55,430 bases of DNA from a virus. Taxonomy: Duplodnaviria > Caudoviricetes. The notes beneath the pieces were generated by a model, which searched no databases, had not been told where the DNA came from, and saw only the letters and a list, made by a program, of their open reading frames with translations. The translations under genes and the position numbers were made by a program. Positions 18,045 to 26,860 of the stretch are shown in pieces. Position 1 is the first letter of the stretch. The number at the start of each line of letters is the position of its first letter. The stretch is taken from positions 1-55,430 of the IMG/VR virus record IMGVR_UViG_3300038520_000575; one strand, given 5' to 3'.

Positions 18045-18567
18045 CAGTGTTCTCTTTTCTAGACATATTTATAAAATTATCTTCAGAAGGTTTTACTCTA
18101 TTGCCCTCTCTAATAGCTGTATTCACTCCCTCTCGTAGCATGGTAAACATACGAGGGTTGTTCTGCTTCATCATTTTTAAGAAGGTTGCATCGTCCATAC
18201 GTCCCTCGTCCAAAACGTTATCGTTTTCAAACATACGATAGGGAACATTATTTTGTTCTGCCATGTCTGCTATCATTATAGCTATCGGGCCTTTAACAAG
18301 CAAGCCCACATCAGGTGTAAACTTACCGTCTCTAAATCCTTGAAATAGTATACCCTCGACTAACGTCTCTATGGAAACTCCAACCATAAGAAGTTTAAAC
18401 ATCTCTTCTTGAGGTTCTGGTTTCATCAATCCATCTAACAGCGTGTCGAATACTCTGTCAGGGTTTACAGACTGTGGTGGTTTACCCCAAGGCCACTTGC
18501 TGTTATCATCTGTGAGCGAGTGTCCGGGGGGAGCGGCACTAAACACATCAAAGTTTTGTTCTGCCAC
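18037..18567 (-). CDS. Conserved hypothetical virion-associated protein
   Basis: APPGHSLT...WPWGKPPQ motif; position among ejection genes. Confidence 0.55.
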   Translation of the reverse strand: MAEQNFDVFSAAPPGHSLTDDNSKWPWGKPPQSVNPDRVFDTLLDGLMKPEPQEEMFKLLMVGVSIETLVEGILFQGFRDGKFTPDVGLLVKGPIAIMIADMAEQNNVPYRMFENDNVLDEGRMDDATFLKMMKQNNPRMFTMLREGVNTAIREGNRVKPSEDNFINMSRKENTDV

Positions 18568-18576
18568 AATGCTCTC

Positions 18577-19092
18577 CTATGTTATGGTTGTTTTTGTTGT
18601 TTTGGTTCTTAGGTTGGTACTTCCCGTAGATGATACTCTTCCTCTGCGTGAGGTACTCCCGACACGTAAAACAAATGGAGCTACCATCCTAGCAAAGTTA
18701 GAGTCAAAATTTTGACCATTAAACCTTCTTAGTGTAGCTTCTTTAAATGCTGGATTACTAGGGGTAAATCCTCTACTCCTAGACATCCCTGAAGGGGTAG
18801 GCGTAAAGCTACTAGGTTGAGATACTGCGGCATATGTTTCTGCAAAAGTAGGACTTCTACTACCCTGTCTGTTTTCCTGCTCTGCTACTGTCATATCACG
18901 GTAGGCATCAAAACCTTTCCTAGCAAGAGGTTTTATAAAATCTAAAAATCCCCCACTTCGTTCGCCAGTATAATACGCCCCCGTGTCTTCTATTTCTCTA
19001 TCTGACATCGTGGTTCGCTTGCCTAAGAACAAGTCTGCCGCGTTTTCAAGCGTTGCATCTAACGCCTTTTTTAATAAAAAATCTATCATCAA
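18577..19092 (-). CDS. Hypothetical (putative internal virion) protein
   Basis: Coupled ORF with a basic Ser/Thr-rich C-terminus. Confidence 0.55.
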   Translation of the reverse strand: MMIDFLLKKALDATLENAADLFLGKRTTMSDREIEDTGAYYTGERSGGFLDFIKPLARKGFDAYRDMTVAEQENRQGSRSPTFAETYAAVSQPSSFTPTPSGMSRSRGFTPSNPAFKEATLRRFNGQNFDSNFARMVAPFVLRVGSTSRRGRVSSTGSTNLRTKTTKTTIT

Positions 19093-20444
19093 TCATCCCC
19101 AAACAAAAGTTTATCAAAAAATCTAGTAAACCACTGCCCCGCTTGTTTTGACATGTCGTCTTTCTGTTGTTTAGTGTACATTTGTTGTGAGTTTGCAAAG
19201 TTAAGGGCTATCACTCCAAGGTCATGTTCTCTATTTAATTGATTCTCGTTTTTCTGAAAGTTCCAAGAAGCGTTATCTCTGTAATTCTGCCACAAATAAC
19301 TTAATGCTGTTTGTGTTGCATTGTAAAAATTTTGAACATCTATTCTATTATTCTCATTCTGATTAGCAGTGTTAATAGTATTTACTTCACGTCTCCATAC
19401 CGCGTTACTCTGTTCTATTGCGAAGCTAGCGGTAGCATTAAATTTATCCCGCGCATCTTGAAGCGTAGTGTTGTACTGTGCCATAGAGTTTTGTTCAGAT
19501 ACATTAAACTGCTCCATAGAAGCTACTCTGTTAGCTGTTGCAGTTTCAATCTGAGAGCCTAACTCAGCAAAAAATTCTTCTACTTGTAATTCATTCTTAG
19601 CATTAAATTGTAATCTAGCATTTTCTTGTTTTGAATCTTGTAATAGTCCACCCAACAATCCTTGATATGTTAACGAATTACTCTTCTGTTGATTATCTAA
19701 GTTTTTCATGTCAATAGACAAGAAGGCTTGTGCGTTTGTTACAGCCGCTTGAAGTCGTGCGTTTAAATTAGTTCTGTCCATAGCCGCGTATGTTGCGGCA
19801 TTCTGTAAGGCTGTTTGTTGTCTGTTGTTTAAATTTTGTAATTGTATGGCAGAGTATTTATTAGCATCTGCGGCCGCTATCTGTACACCAGATTCCATAA
19901 GGGCTTGCGTAATTGCAGAAGATGCCATGCTAGATGCTCCTAAACCTCTAGCCTGCATTATTGCGTTTATCTTACGAACTTGTGGAGATGCCCACGGGGG
20001 CATAGGTTTACCTTCTTCTAAGGATGCCATTATCTGACCAAGTTGATATTGCACAGTGCCTCTCTGGTCTAGCTCCTCTGTAGCCGCAGTAGCTATAGAG
20101 CCTGCGGATACCTGCCCTTGAGGAGCAGTCATATAATCTCCTGTAGGTGTAAACTGTGCCGCAGTAGCAGGACCTAATGCTTGAACATCATCCGCTACAG
20201 TATCAATAGCTCCTATTTGTCCTACACTAGGGTCAGGTTTTTCAGGAATACTTACAGATAGATTATCCATAGAGGCGAGCTTGGTGTCTACCGTGGGAGC
20301 TTCCACAGATACCGTTCCTGCTGTAGTGCCTAGCAATTCAGTGTCTTTTATTTCTTGGTCAACAGTCGTTGAGACAGGTAATCCAGCCCCAGCTATATCC
20401 CCTACTTGACTTGTTAATTTATCATCTGTATCAATTCTTGCCAT
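19089..20444 (-). CDS. Putative internal virion / pilot protein
   Basis: Gln/Asn/Ala-rich coiled coil; ARGLGASSMA motif. Confidence 0.6.
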   Translation of the reverse strand: MARIDTDDKLTSQVGDIAGAGLPVSTTVDQEIKDTELLGTTAGTVSVEAPTVDTKLASMDNLSVSIPEKPDPSVGQIGAIDTVADDVQALGPATAAQFTPTGDYMTAPQGQVSAGSIATAATEELDQRGTVQYQLGQIMASLEEGKPMPPWASPQVRKINAIMQARGLGASSMASSAITQALMESGVQIAAADANKYSAIQLQNLNNRQQTALQNAATYAAMDRTNLNARLQAAVTNAQAFLSIDMKNLDNQQKSNSLTYQGLLGGLLQDSKQENARLQFNAKNELQVEEFFAELGSQIETATANRVASMEQFNVSEQNSMAQYNTTLQDARDKFNATASFAIEQSNAVWRREVNTINTANQNENNRIDVQNFYNATQTALSYLWQNYRDNASWNFQKNENQLNREHDLGVIALNFANSQQMYTKQQKDDMSKQAGQWFTRFFDKLLFGDD

Positions 20445-20446
20445 AT

Positions 20447-20677
20447 CTAATCCCTACTCAAGGCTCTGTCTAGCTTGTCCTCTACTCTATGCAGAGCTTC
20501 CATAAGTCTGTCCATGTTCTCTCGCACTTCTACGCGTGTTGCGTACTCCTCGCGGGTCTTGTTTAATAATATCTGTATTCGTTTTACCTCAGTGAACATC
20601 TGACGAAATGCCCAGAATGCTGGTGCTACAATCATTGTAAGAATGATATTCCAGAAAAGCATTGCGTCTATTTCCAT
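20447..20677 (-). CDS. Small membrane-anchored coiled-coil protein
   Basis: N-terminal TM segment, then a coiled coil ending LHRVEDKLD. Confidence 0.65.
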   Translation of the reverse strand: MEIDAMLFWNIILTMIVAPAFWAFRQMFTEVKRIQILLNKTREEYATRVEVRENMDRLMEALHRVEDKLDRALSRD

Positions 20678-20685
20678 AGTTTATC

Positions 20686-22689
20686 CTAACTTGGGTTGAG
20701 TGAACGTCCAATTTCGTAAAGGCTTGTACCATCACTTAGGAATACAAGTATATCCCTAGCATTAGCTGTAGCAGTCAAAGTAGGGGCAGAACCCCCAGAA
20801 AACTTATATGCGGCATTCCACTGTAGAGTGTAAGTGCTACTCGAACCCTGTTTTATAGTAAGAACGCAAACCAAACCTGCTACATGGTTAGTAGGGGCGT
20901 TAAAAGTTCTGTTACCACCTAAAGTTACTGTTGCTACTTGTTGAGTTTGTAAGTTCCAATCTATAGAACTCCCATCAGTAAGAGTCTGTTCGTCAAAGTT
21001 TTGAGATGCTGTATACTCTTGTGCTAGATTTAATGCGGCTAGTGATGTGCTTGATGTAATATTTGGTAAAGTTAAAGTTACATCTGTTGTGGCTGCAGGG
21101 CCTATTAAAGTTAGTTTATTTGTTCCGTTATCACTATCCTCAAAAAATTCTACAAACCCTGCACTAGTTGAACCATTCTTAAGTTGTACCCCAGCATTTA
21201 CAATCGGGGTAGTTAAAGTTTTGTTTTCTAACGTTTGTGTTCCTGTAAGAGTTGTGACAGAACTATCAATAGCTAGCGTTTGTGTGTGGTCGCCACTTGT
21301 TGTGTCCGTCGTGCCTGATAATCCTGTTCCTGCTGTAATATTTACCCTAGTAATATCTCCTGAAATGATATCACTTGTTAAAGCTATCGTTCCTGTACTG
21401 GACGGCAGTGTTAGCGTAATATCCCCAGATAAATCTGCAGCTCCTATAAGTCTAGCCTTGTTTGTTCCTGAGTTGTCTGCATCCTCGAAGAAATCTACAA
21501 AGCCTGCAGAACTAGTTCCGTTATTGACAGATATGCCCTGATTAGATGTTACGGTGGTAAATGTTCCAGCCGCAGGAGTTGCCCCACCTATTACTGTGTT
21601 GTCCACTGTTCCTGAATCAATGTCAACTTTAGTTATATCTACCTCACCATTGCCATTAGGAGTTAGAGCTATGTTTCCATTAGTATCTGTGCTAGTGATT
21701 GCGTTACCGTTGATGTTGATGTTGTCTACATCTAGGTCGCCTGTGATGTCCGTTGCACCTGTGATTGCAAGAGTGGTTGTGTTAACAGTAACTGTGGTAG
21801 ACGCATCAATATCTACTGTTGGAGCAACAATCTCTATTTCTGTATCAGCATCGATGTCTAGTTGTCCGTCTGTGCTTGAAGCGATAGATAGTGCAGAGTC
21901 TCTAAACTGCAAGGCTATATTAGTATTTAGACGAAGTGCTGTATCTGGAACGTGTGTTAGGCTAACATCACTGTCTGCACCAAAAGATAACACCGTGTTA
22001 TCAGAAGGAAGACTTGCATTAATAGACTGCAAGCTAAGAGCAGTAGTAAGAGATTCTGCATTGCCTGTTTGAAAGATTAACTTTACAGCATCATTACCCG
22101 TGTCATCTAGGCTATCTACAACAATTGCGTCAATCTTTGCTAAATCTACACCAGATTGTTGCGTGTCTAAACTTTCCCATATAATCGAACCCACTACCTC
22201 GTTAGAAGTCATATCTGTAGATAAGTTTGTTAGAGTGACTATTGGAGAATCATTCTTGCGAACATTCAGGGCAGTTACAAAAGCTGTATTAAATGCGTAG
22301 GTAGCTGAACCTAAGTTGTGTGTGGCTGTTGCTGTAGGCTCTAAGTGTGAACCTACTCCATCTGTACCCCCGTTAGATGTTGCAACTGTAAGTTTATCTA
22401 TATAAGCAACACCATCTAAGTACAAGTCCTTAAACTCTGCAGAGGATGTGCCTAAATCTAATTGTCCATCTGCGTTCGGCACAAGAGCTGCAGTGGTCTG
22501 TTCTAACTGCGCTGACGGGCCTAATTTACTTACAGGACCTCCATTGTTAGCACCATCATGTGTATGACCTGCTGAAGAGTTAAAGGCACTTGCTATAGCC
22601 TCAAACTCACCGTCTAACGGAGCGGCACTTATAACGTTACCATCCGCTATGTTATTAGCTGTATCGTTTCGTGTGTAACCTGTTCCCAT
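20686..22689 (-). CDS. Tail fibre protein
   Basis: N-terminal GYTR...IADG...LDGEF anchor, Thr/Gly-rich beta repeats, duplicated NGxxSAGFVxFFEDxD module. Confidence 0.75.
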   Translation of the reverse strand: MGTGYTRNDTANNIADGNVISAAPLDGEFEAIASAFNSSAGHTHDGANNGGPVSKLGPSAQLEQTTAALVPNADGQLDLGTSSAEFKDLYLDGVAYIDKLTVATSNGGTDGVGSHLEPTATATHNLGSATYAFNTAFVTALNVRKNDSPIVTLTNLSTDMTSNEVVGSIIWESLDTQQSGVDLAKIDAIVVDSLDDTGNDAVKLIFQTGNAESLTTALSLQSINASLPSDNTVLSFGADSDVSLTHVPDTALRLNTNIALQFRDSALSIASSTDGQLDIDADTEIEIVAPTVDIDASTTVTVNTTTLAITGATDITGDLDVDNININGNAITSTDTNGNIALTPNGNGEVDITKVDIDSGTVDNTVIGGATPAAGTFTTVTSNQGISVNNGTSSAGFVDFFEDADNSGTNKARLIGAADLSGDITLTLPSSTGTIALTSDIISGDITRVNITAGTGLSGTTDTTSGDHTQTLAIDSSVTTLTGTQTLENKTLTTPIVNAGVQLKNGSTSAGFVEFFEDSDNGTNKLTLIGPAATTDVTLTLPNITSSTSLAALNLAQEYTASQNFDEQTLTDGSSIDWNLQTQQVATVTLGGNRTFNAPTNHVAGLVCVLTIKQGSSSTYTLQWNAAYKFSGGSAPTLTATANARDILVFLSDGTSLYEIGRSLNPS

Positions 22690-22692
22690 TTT

Positions 22693-24570
22693 TTACCTTC
22701 TTCCGTACTGTCCATATTCTATAACTGCCGCGTCCATCGCAAAGGGTGGAGTTGTGCCACTTGATTCAAACTGTAACGATACAGTGAAACCTGAACCTAG
22801 TGTTTGTGTATCAAATATAGATTTTAAACTTTCTCCGCTAAAAGTTGATGTTGCGTCCTCTAGATTAACTGTCAAAAATACTATAGATGCGTCCTTATAC
22901 ATAACATTACTAGGGGGATTTGTACTATTATCTGTAGTATTATCTACCACGTCTGCCGCTAGTGCAGGAGAAAATGACAGTGTGGTTGCGTTGTTTGATA
23001 TTGATGGAGTAGAAGACAGTGTGTATGTCTTTTTAAAATTTGCTGACGAAGAATCTCCCACAAGAATTTGAAAAGTATCTCCTGATACAATGTCGCTAGT
23101 TGATAGGTTATCTACAGCCATGCTGGTAACTCCTGCAGAGTACCCCCCGTTATTATTTATTTCTGCTCCGTGTGCTAATACAGAACTGGAGTTTCCGAAT
23201 ACAAATACACCCCCTGAAGCAGATGCGTTACTTAATGTTATTGTTTCAGGTTCTATAACTCCCTCTGCGCTTAAATCATACTTCAAGTTAAAGTCTAGAG
23301 TAACACTGCCCTGCGGGTCGGTGTATATACTTGCTCTATATATTGTCTTTCTAATTCTAGGGTCAGATATAGGGAAGAATGGAGTAGAAAAACTGGCTGT
23401 TATATCTGTTCCATCAAAGCTGTTTCCACTCTCCATTTTGTATATGTAACCATCATCGTTGGCAAATAATATAACTTCTGTTTTACCTACATATACAGAG
23501 TCAGAAACATATGCTCTTATACCCGTTGTCTCTGCCCAGTTTATACCTATACCTTGTGCAGTCTGTAATTGAGTTCCTATAATCCCCTTAGACAGTGCGG
23601 TTGTAGTGCTAGAGTTAAACCCAAACAATCTATATTGAGATTTTTCTCTAATAACGACAGAAGAAAAAGAGGTGTTTGAACTTGTAAGAGAAACCATCTC
23701 CTTCTGTATTGGTTTAGATATAGCCCCTAAATCAAAATCTTGATTCTTTTCTGTGCCTGCTAAAGTTCTTAATCCGTCAGGTCCTAAGAAAATAATATCA
23801 CCTGATATTTCTTGTACAGTTTCTCCTGCCAAACAACCTATGTCACTTGCTATAGGTTGCATTTTAAACTCGCCTTGGCTACTTCCTACTAACCTGTTTA
23901 TGGAAGATTCTGAAAATATAATGAGTTGTTCACGAAAAGGAATTATAGCAGTTACTGTATCCCCTACGTTAATTATACCGCCACCAGATGCTGATGTAAA
24001 GTCAGTGTCTGAAAAAGGCGCAGAAAATATGAGGTTAGTACCTTTTGCTAAGAATATGTGGTCTTTAAATTGAGCAACATGAGACGCTCCCTGTATGTCA
24101 GAAGGAGACGACAGTTGACTCAAATCACTAGCAGTAACCCCGTTAAGTATTAAAGGATACCCTATACCGTCCACGATGTATAGCTTATCAGAGCCTGTAA
24201 AATTATATCTAACAAACCTAACCCGTGATGAGTTTAGACCTAAAGTTAGACTTGTGGATAGGTCTACAAAAGAACCTGTTATACCCCCTGCAAAAAGTTT
24301 TGGTGCGTTAGACCCCCCTGACTGGTCACGAGCTACAATAGCTCTGTCTCTATAAAATACTACCCCCAGTATATTGCCTATGCCTGTTACAGTATTAGAA
24401 TTAAACTTCTCGAACCCTTCTATACGACGATATCCACCATCTGTTGAAGGTTCAAAGTTTATGAGAGTTCTTGCAGAACCGGGGGCAGTTATTCCGTGCT
24501 GTAAAGGACTAAGGTTACTTATTAGTCCCCCAGTAAATTCAAGTGGATAAGTCTGCCAACGGTCAGGCAT
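22693..24570 (-). CDS. Tail tubular protein B / nozzle (beta-propeller)
   Basis: FTGGL...NFEP..GGYRRI N-terminus, DIGC...QE..GDIIFL motif; follows the adaptor gene. Confidence 0.75.
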   Translation of the reverse strand: MPDRWQTYPLEFTGGLISNLSPLQHGITAPGSARTLINFEPSTDGGYRRIEGFEKFNSNTVTGIGNILGVVFYRDRAIVARDQSGGSNAPKLFAGGITGSFVDLSTSLTLGLNSSRVRFVRYNFTGSDKLYIVDGIGYPLILNGVTASDLSQLSSPSDIQGASHVAQFKDHIFLAKGTNLIFSAPFSDTDFTSASGGGIINVGDTVTAIIPFREQLIIFSESSINRLVGSSQGEFKMQPIASDIGCLAGETVQEISGDIIFLGPDGLRTLAGTEKNQDFDLGAISKPIQKEMVSLTSSNTSFSSVVIREKSQYRLFGFNSSTTTALSKGIIGTQLQTAQGIGINWAETTGIRAYVSDSVYVGKTEVILFANDDGYIYKMESGNSFDGTDITASFSTPFFPISDPRIRKTIYRASIYTDPQGSVTLDFNLKYDLSAEGVIEPETITLSNASASGGVFVFGNSSSVLAHGAEINNNGGYSAGVTSMAVDNLSTSDIVSGDTFQILVGDSSSANFKKTYTLSSTPSISNNATTLSFSPALAADVVDNTTDNSTNPPSNVMYKDASIVFLTVNLEDATSTFSGESLKSIFDTQTLGSGFTVSLQFESSGTTPPFAMDAAVIEYGQYGRR

Positions 24571-25250
24571 TATATAGCCCTCATATATAGATGTTCGTTT
24601 ACAAGAAGTTTACGCATGTTTTTCATGCCTTCTTCAAATTTGCTCTTTGATAGTGCTGTCATTTCTATGTTGTCTCTGAAAAGATAACAGTAGTACATAG
24701 CCCCATCAATTATAACATATTTATATGCTTCAGGAATTGTAGGCACATCATCGAATAGTGCTAAATCTACAGGGTGCATGAAGTATTCGTACTCTAGAGT
24801 GTACGCTTTATCAGGGAACGGCACTAGTCCGTACTCCTCACTCTGACTACGAAAAACATATTCTGGCACACCCCCTTGAGCTGTATCCGTTTCGTCTTCT
24901 TGGTCTACGTGCGTACTGATATATTCATCATAAGATATTTTACGCAGTGCGCGTGCTTCTCCTAAATCTAAACTTGTATCTCTTTTTATTCTAAAAGTAT
25001 CAAAGTCTATATATTTTGCTTCTGCAGGGAATACATATCTGGTTTCTCCAGCAACTAATATTTCCTCTTTTTTATTATGATTGAACGGAAAATAGGAATA
25101 ATATTGATTTATATCTCGCACTGCACCGTTTACGGAGTCTTTTATCGTAGAATAGAATGCTTTTGCAGTGGCAAAATTACTTGAAGTAAGTTCTGTCTCG
25201 TTCAACCTACGAGCAACTGTGTTGACTAAATCTAAAAAATTGTAAGCCAT
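24570..25250 (-). CDS. Tail tubular protein A / head-tail adaptor
   Basis: FLDLVNTVARRLNE N-terminus and P.PDKAY...DVPTIPE motif. Confidence 0.75.
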   Translation of the reverse strand: MAYNFLDLVNTVARRLNETELTSSNFATAKAFYSTIKDSVNGAVRDINQYYSYFPFNHNKKEEILVAGETRYVFPAEAKYIDFDTFRIKRDTSLDLGEARALRKISYDEYISTHVDQEDETDTAQGGVPEYVFRSQSEEYGLVPFPDKAYTLEYEYFMHPVDLALFDDVPTIPEAYKYVIIDGAMYYCYLFRDNIEMTALSKSKFEEGMKNMRKLLVNEHLYMRAI

Positions 25251-25591
25251 CAGCTACGCTCCCTAACTCTTAAATGTATTACTCGTTTTGTGACTATTGC
25301 CGCACTAGTCTTTGCCGATGTGCTAGTTGTTATTTGACAGACAAGTTTTGTATCTGTGTTAGCCGTGCCACCATTTAAAACTATAGTGGCAGTTGTATCT
25401 GTTTTTACTTGATTATTTACAGTAAATCCATTGAAAGTATCAGAGTTAGATAGCGCAGAAGATTCTGTGCCATTACTTTGTATAAACTTCCATACTACTG
25501 ACGCGATTGTAAGACTTCCTAGAAATCTAGACCAATCTACTGTATAATCTAACAACTCGTCAGGGTCTTTATCAGGCCATCGTAACGCCAT
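25250..25591 (-). CDS. Putative tail-fibre adaptor protein
   Basis: WPDKDPDELLDYTVDW motif typical of small phage tail beta-sandwich proteins. Confidence 0.55.
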   Translation of the reverse strand: MALRWPDKDPDELLDYTVDWSRFLGSLTIASVVWKFIQSNGTESSALSNSDTFNGFTVNNQVKTDTTATIVLNGGTANTDTKLVCQITTSTSAKTSAAIVTKRVIHLRVRERS

Positions 25592-25592
25592 A

Positions 25593-26402
25593 TCATGCCA
25601 CCTTTGCTACTCTTGATAGTTCTTGAGGAACATGTACCATCCTCACTGTCTCTATAGGTATATGCACCACTCTAACTTTTTCTTGATGTGCATATACTAT
25701 TCTACTTAAATCCTCAGGGACGTGAACCACCCTTGTCTTCTCTTGAGGAACAGATACTTCTCTGGCTCTTTCGTAAAGAGTTGCATTAAATCTAAATATT
25801 CTAAACCCATCACCCGATACACTAGATGTTCCTACAGATGAGCCTGTGCTAACAGCGTTTAGTATAGCTATGCTAGATGTAGAAGATTCACCTACGGAAG
25901 AACCTGTCGATACTGCGATACGTACCCCTGTTCCTGCTACAGAAGAAGTGCCTGTGGAAGAGGCTACCCCGTCTAACTCAGCTTCTGCTACTCCTGCTAC
26001 AGAGGAAGCACCCGTAGAAGAACCTGTTATCACATGTGGTATTCCTGCTACTCCTGAAACAGAAGAAGTTCCTGTAGAAGAACCCGTTGTTACTGCATTA
26101 AATATTCCTGTTCCTGATGCTGATGAAGTGCCTACGGAAGAGCCTACCGCGTTTAACTCAAATCCTGCTACTCCAGAAGCAGAAGAAGTTCCTGTAGAAG
26201 AACCCGTTGTTACTGCATTAAATATTCCTGTTCCTGATGCTGATGAAGTACCTGTAGAAGAACCTGTTGATACTGCATTCAGTATGGCAACCGCTGTTGC
26301 AAAAGAAGTGCCTGTAGAAGAAGCCGCTGTTGTTTGTACAGTGCCAGCATCTGCCAGTGCGCCAAAGGGGGCTTCAGAAAATGCAGAACTTGAAAAAGTC
26401 AT
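25593..26402 (-). CDS. Ser/Thr/Gly 20-aa repeat structural protein (whisker/fibre-like)
   Basis: About 9 repeats of GSSTGTSSxSG; FSEAPF N-terminus; C-terminal RxVxVPxE repeats. Confidence 0.7.
   Translation of the reverse strand: MTFSSSAFSEAPFGALADAGTVQTTAASSTGTSFATAVAILNAVSTGSSTGTSSASGTGIFNAVTTGSSTGTSSASGVAGFELNAVGSSVGTSSASGTGIFNAVTTGSSTGTSSVSGVAGIPHVITGSSTGASSVAGVAEAELDGVASSTGTSSVAGTGVRIAVSTGSSVGESSTSSIAILNAVSTGSSVGTSSVSGDGFRIFRFNATLYERAREVSVPQEKTRVVHVPEDLSRIVYAHQEKVRVVHIPIETVRMVHVPQELSRVAKVA
25815..26335. repeat. 60-bp period tandem repeat, including an exact 70-bp duplication
   Basis: 26060-26129 is identical to 26180-26249; the 60-nt periodicity is visible in successive sequence lines. 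Confidence 0.85.
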
Positions 26403-26405
26403 TTA

Positions 26406-26849
26406 TTACTCCAAAGGCTCAGGCCAATCGTTTATTGTAGCTTCAAACAAAGCAATAAAAGCATCTAAATCAGAGGCGTTATTTATTGCAGTTTCAATTT
26501 TATCACAGGAAGTTCTTACACTAGCTCTGTAAGTCGTCACTGTAGAAGGTACTTCAGTTCCTATTTCAGCTTTACGAATAACGTACCAATCATAAGGTTT
26601 TAAAAGAGAGTTAGCTGTTTCTTTTGTTGCTGTTATCCACTTCTTTTTTAGGTCATCTAATGGTTTAGCTTTTCCTGCAGTATAGTAAAATCTAGAATCG
26701 AACGCGGGAGAATCAGGTATCCATTTTAAACCTACCGCATTCTTTTCTGCGTCTGTAGTCATGTTCAACCAATTCGCTGGATATTGATTTCCAGAATTAT
26801 CTGTCCACGCTCTTCCGTAATTAATCGTCTTTGAATCTAATTTCCACAT
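26406..26849 (-). CDS. Tail fibre assembly chaperone-like protein
   Basis: QYPANWL...LLKPYDWYVIRKAE...YRASVR...WP pattern; directly follows a fibre gene. Confidence 0.65.
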   Translation of the reverse strand: MWKLDSKTINYGRAWTDNSGNQYPANWLNMTTDAEKNAVGLKWIPDSPAFDSRFYYTAGKAKPLDDLKKKWITATKETANSLLKPYDWYVIRKAEIGTEVPSTVTTYRASVRTSCDKIETAINNASDLDAFIALFEATINDWPEPLE

Positions 26850-26860
26850 ATAATTATCCT

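Noticed and set aside
25815-26335. Possible CRISPR array
   Set aside because: In-frame coding tandem repeats with no unique spacers. The Cas4-like nuclease lies in the replication module with no other cas genes.
25846-26532. 228-aa + strand Glu/Pro/Val repeat ORF
   Set aside because: Antisense shadow of the Ser/Thr/Gly repeat gene; all neighbouring genes are on the minus strand.
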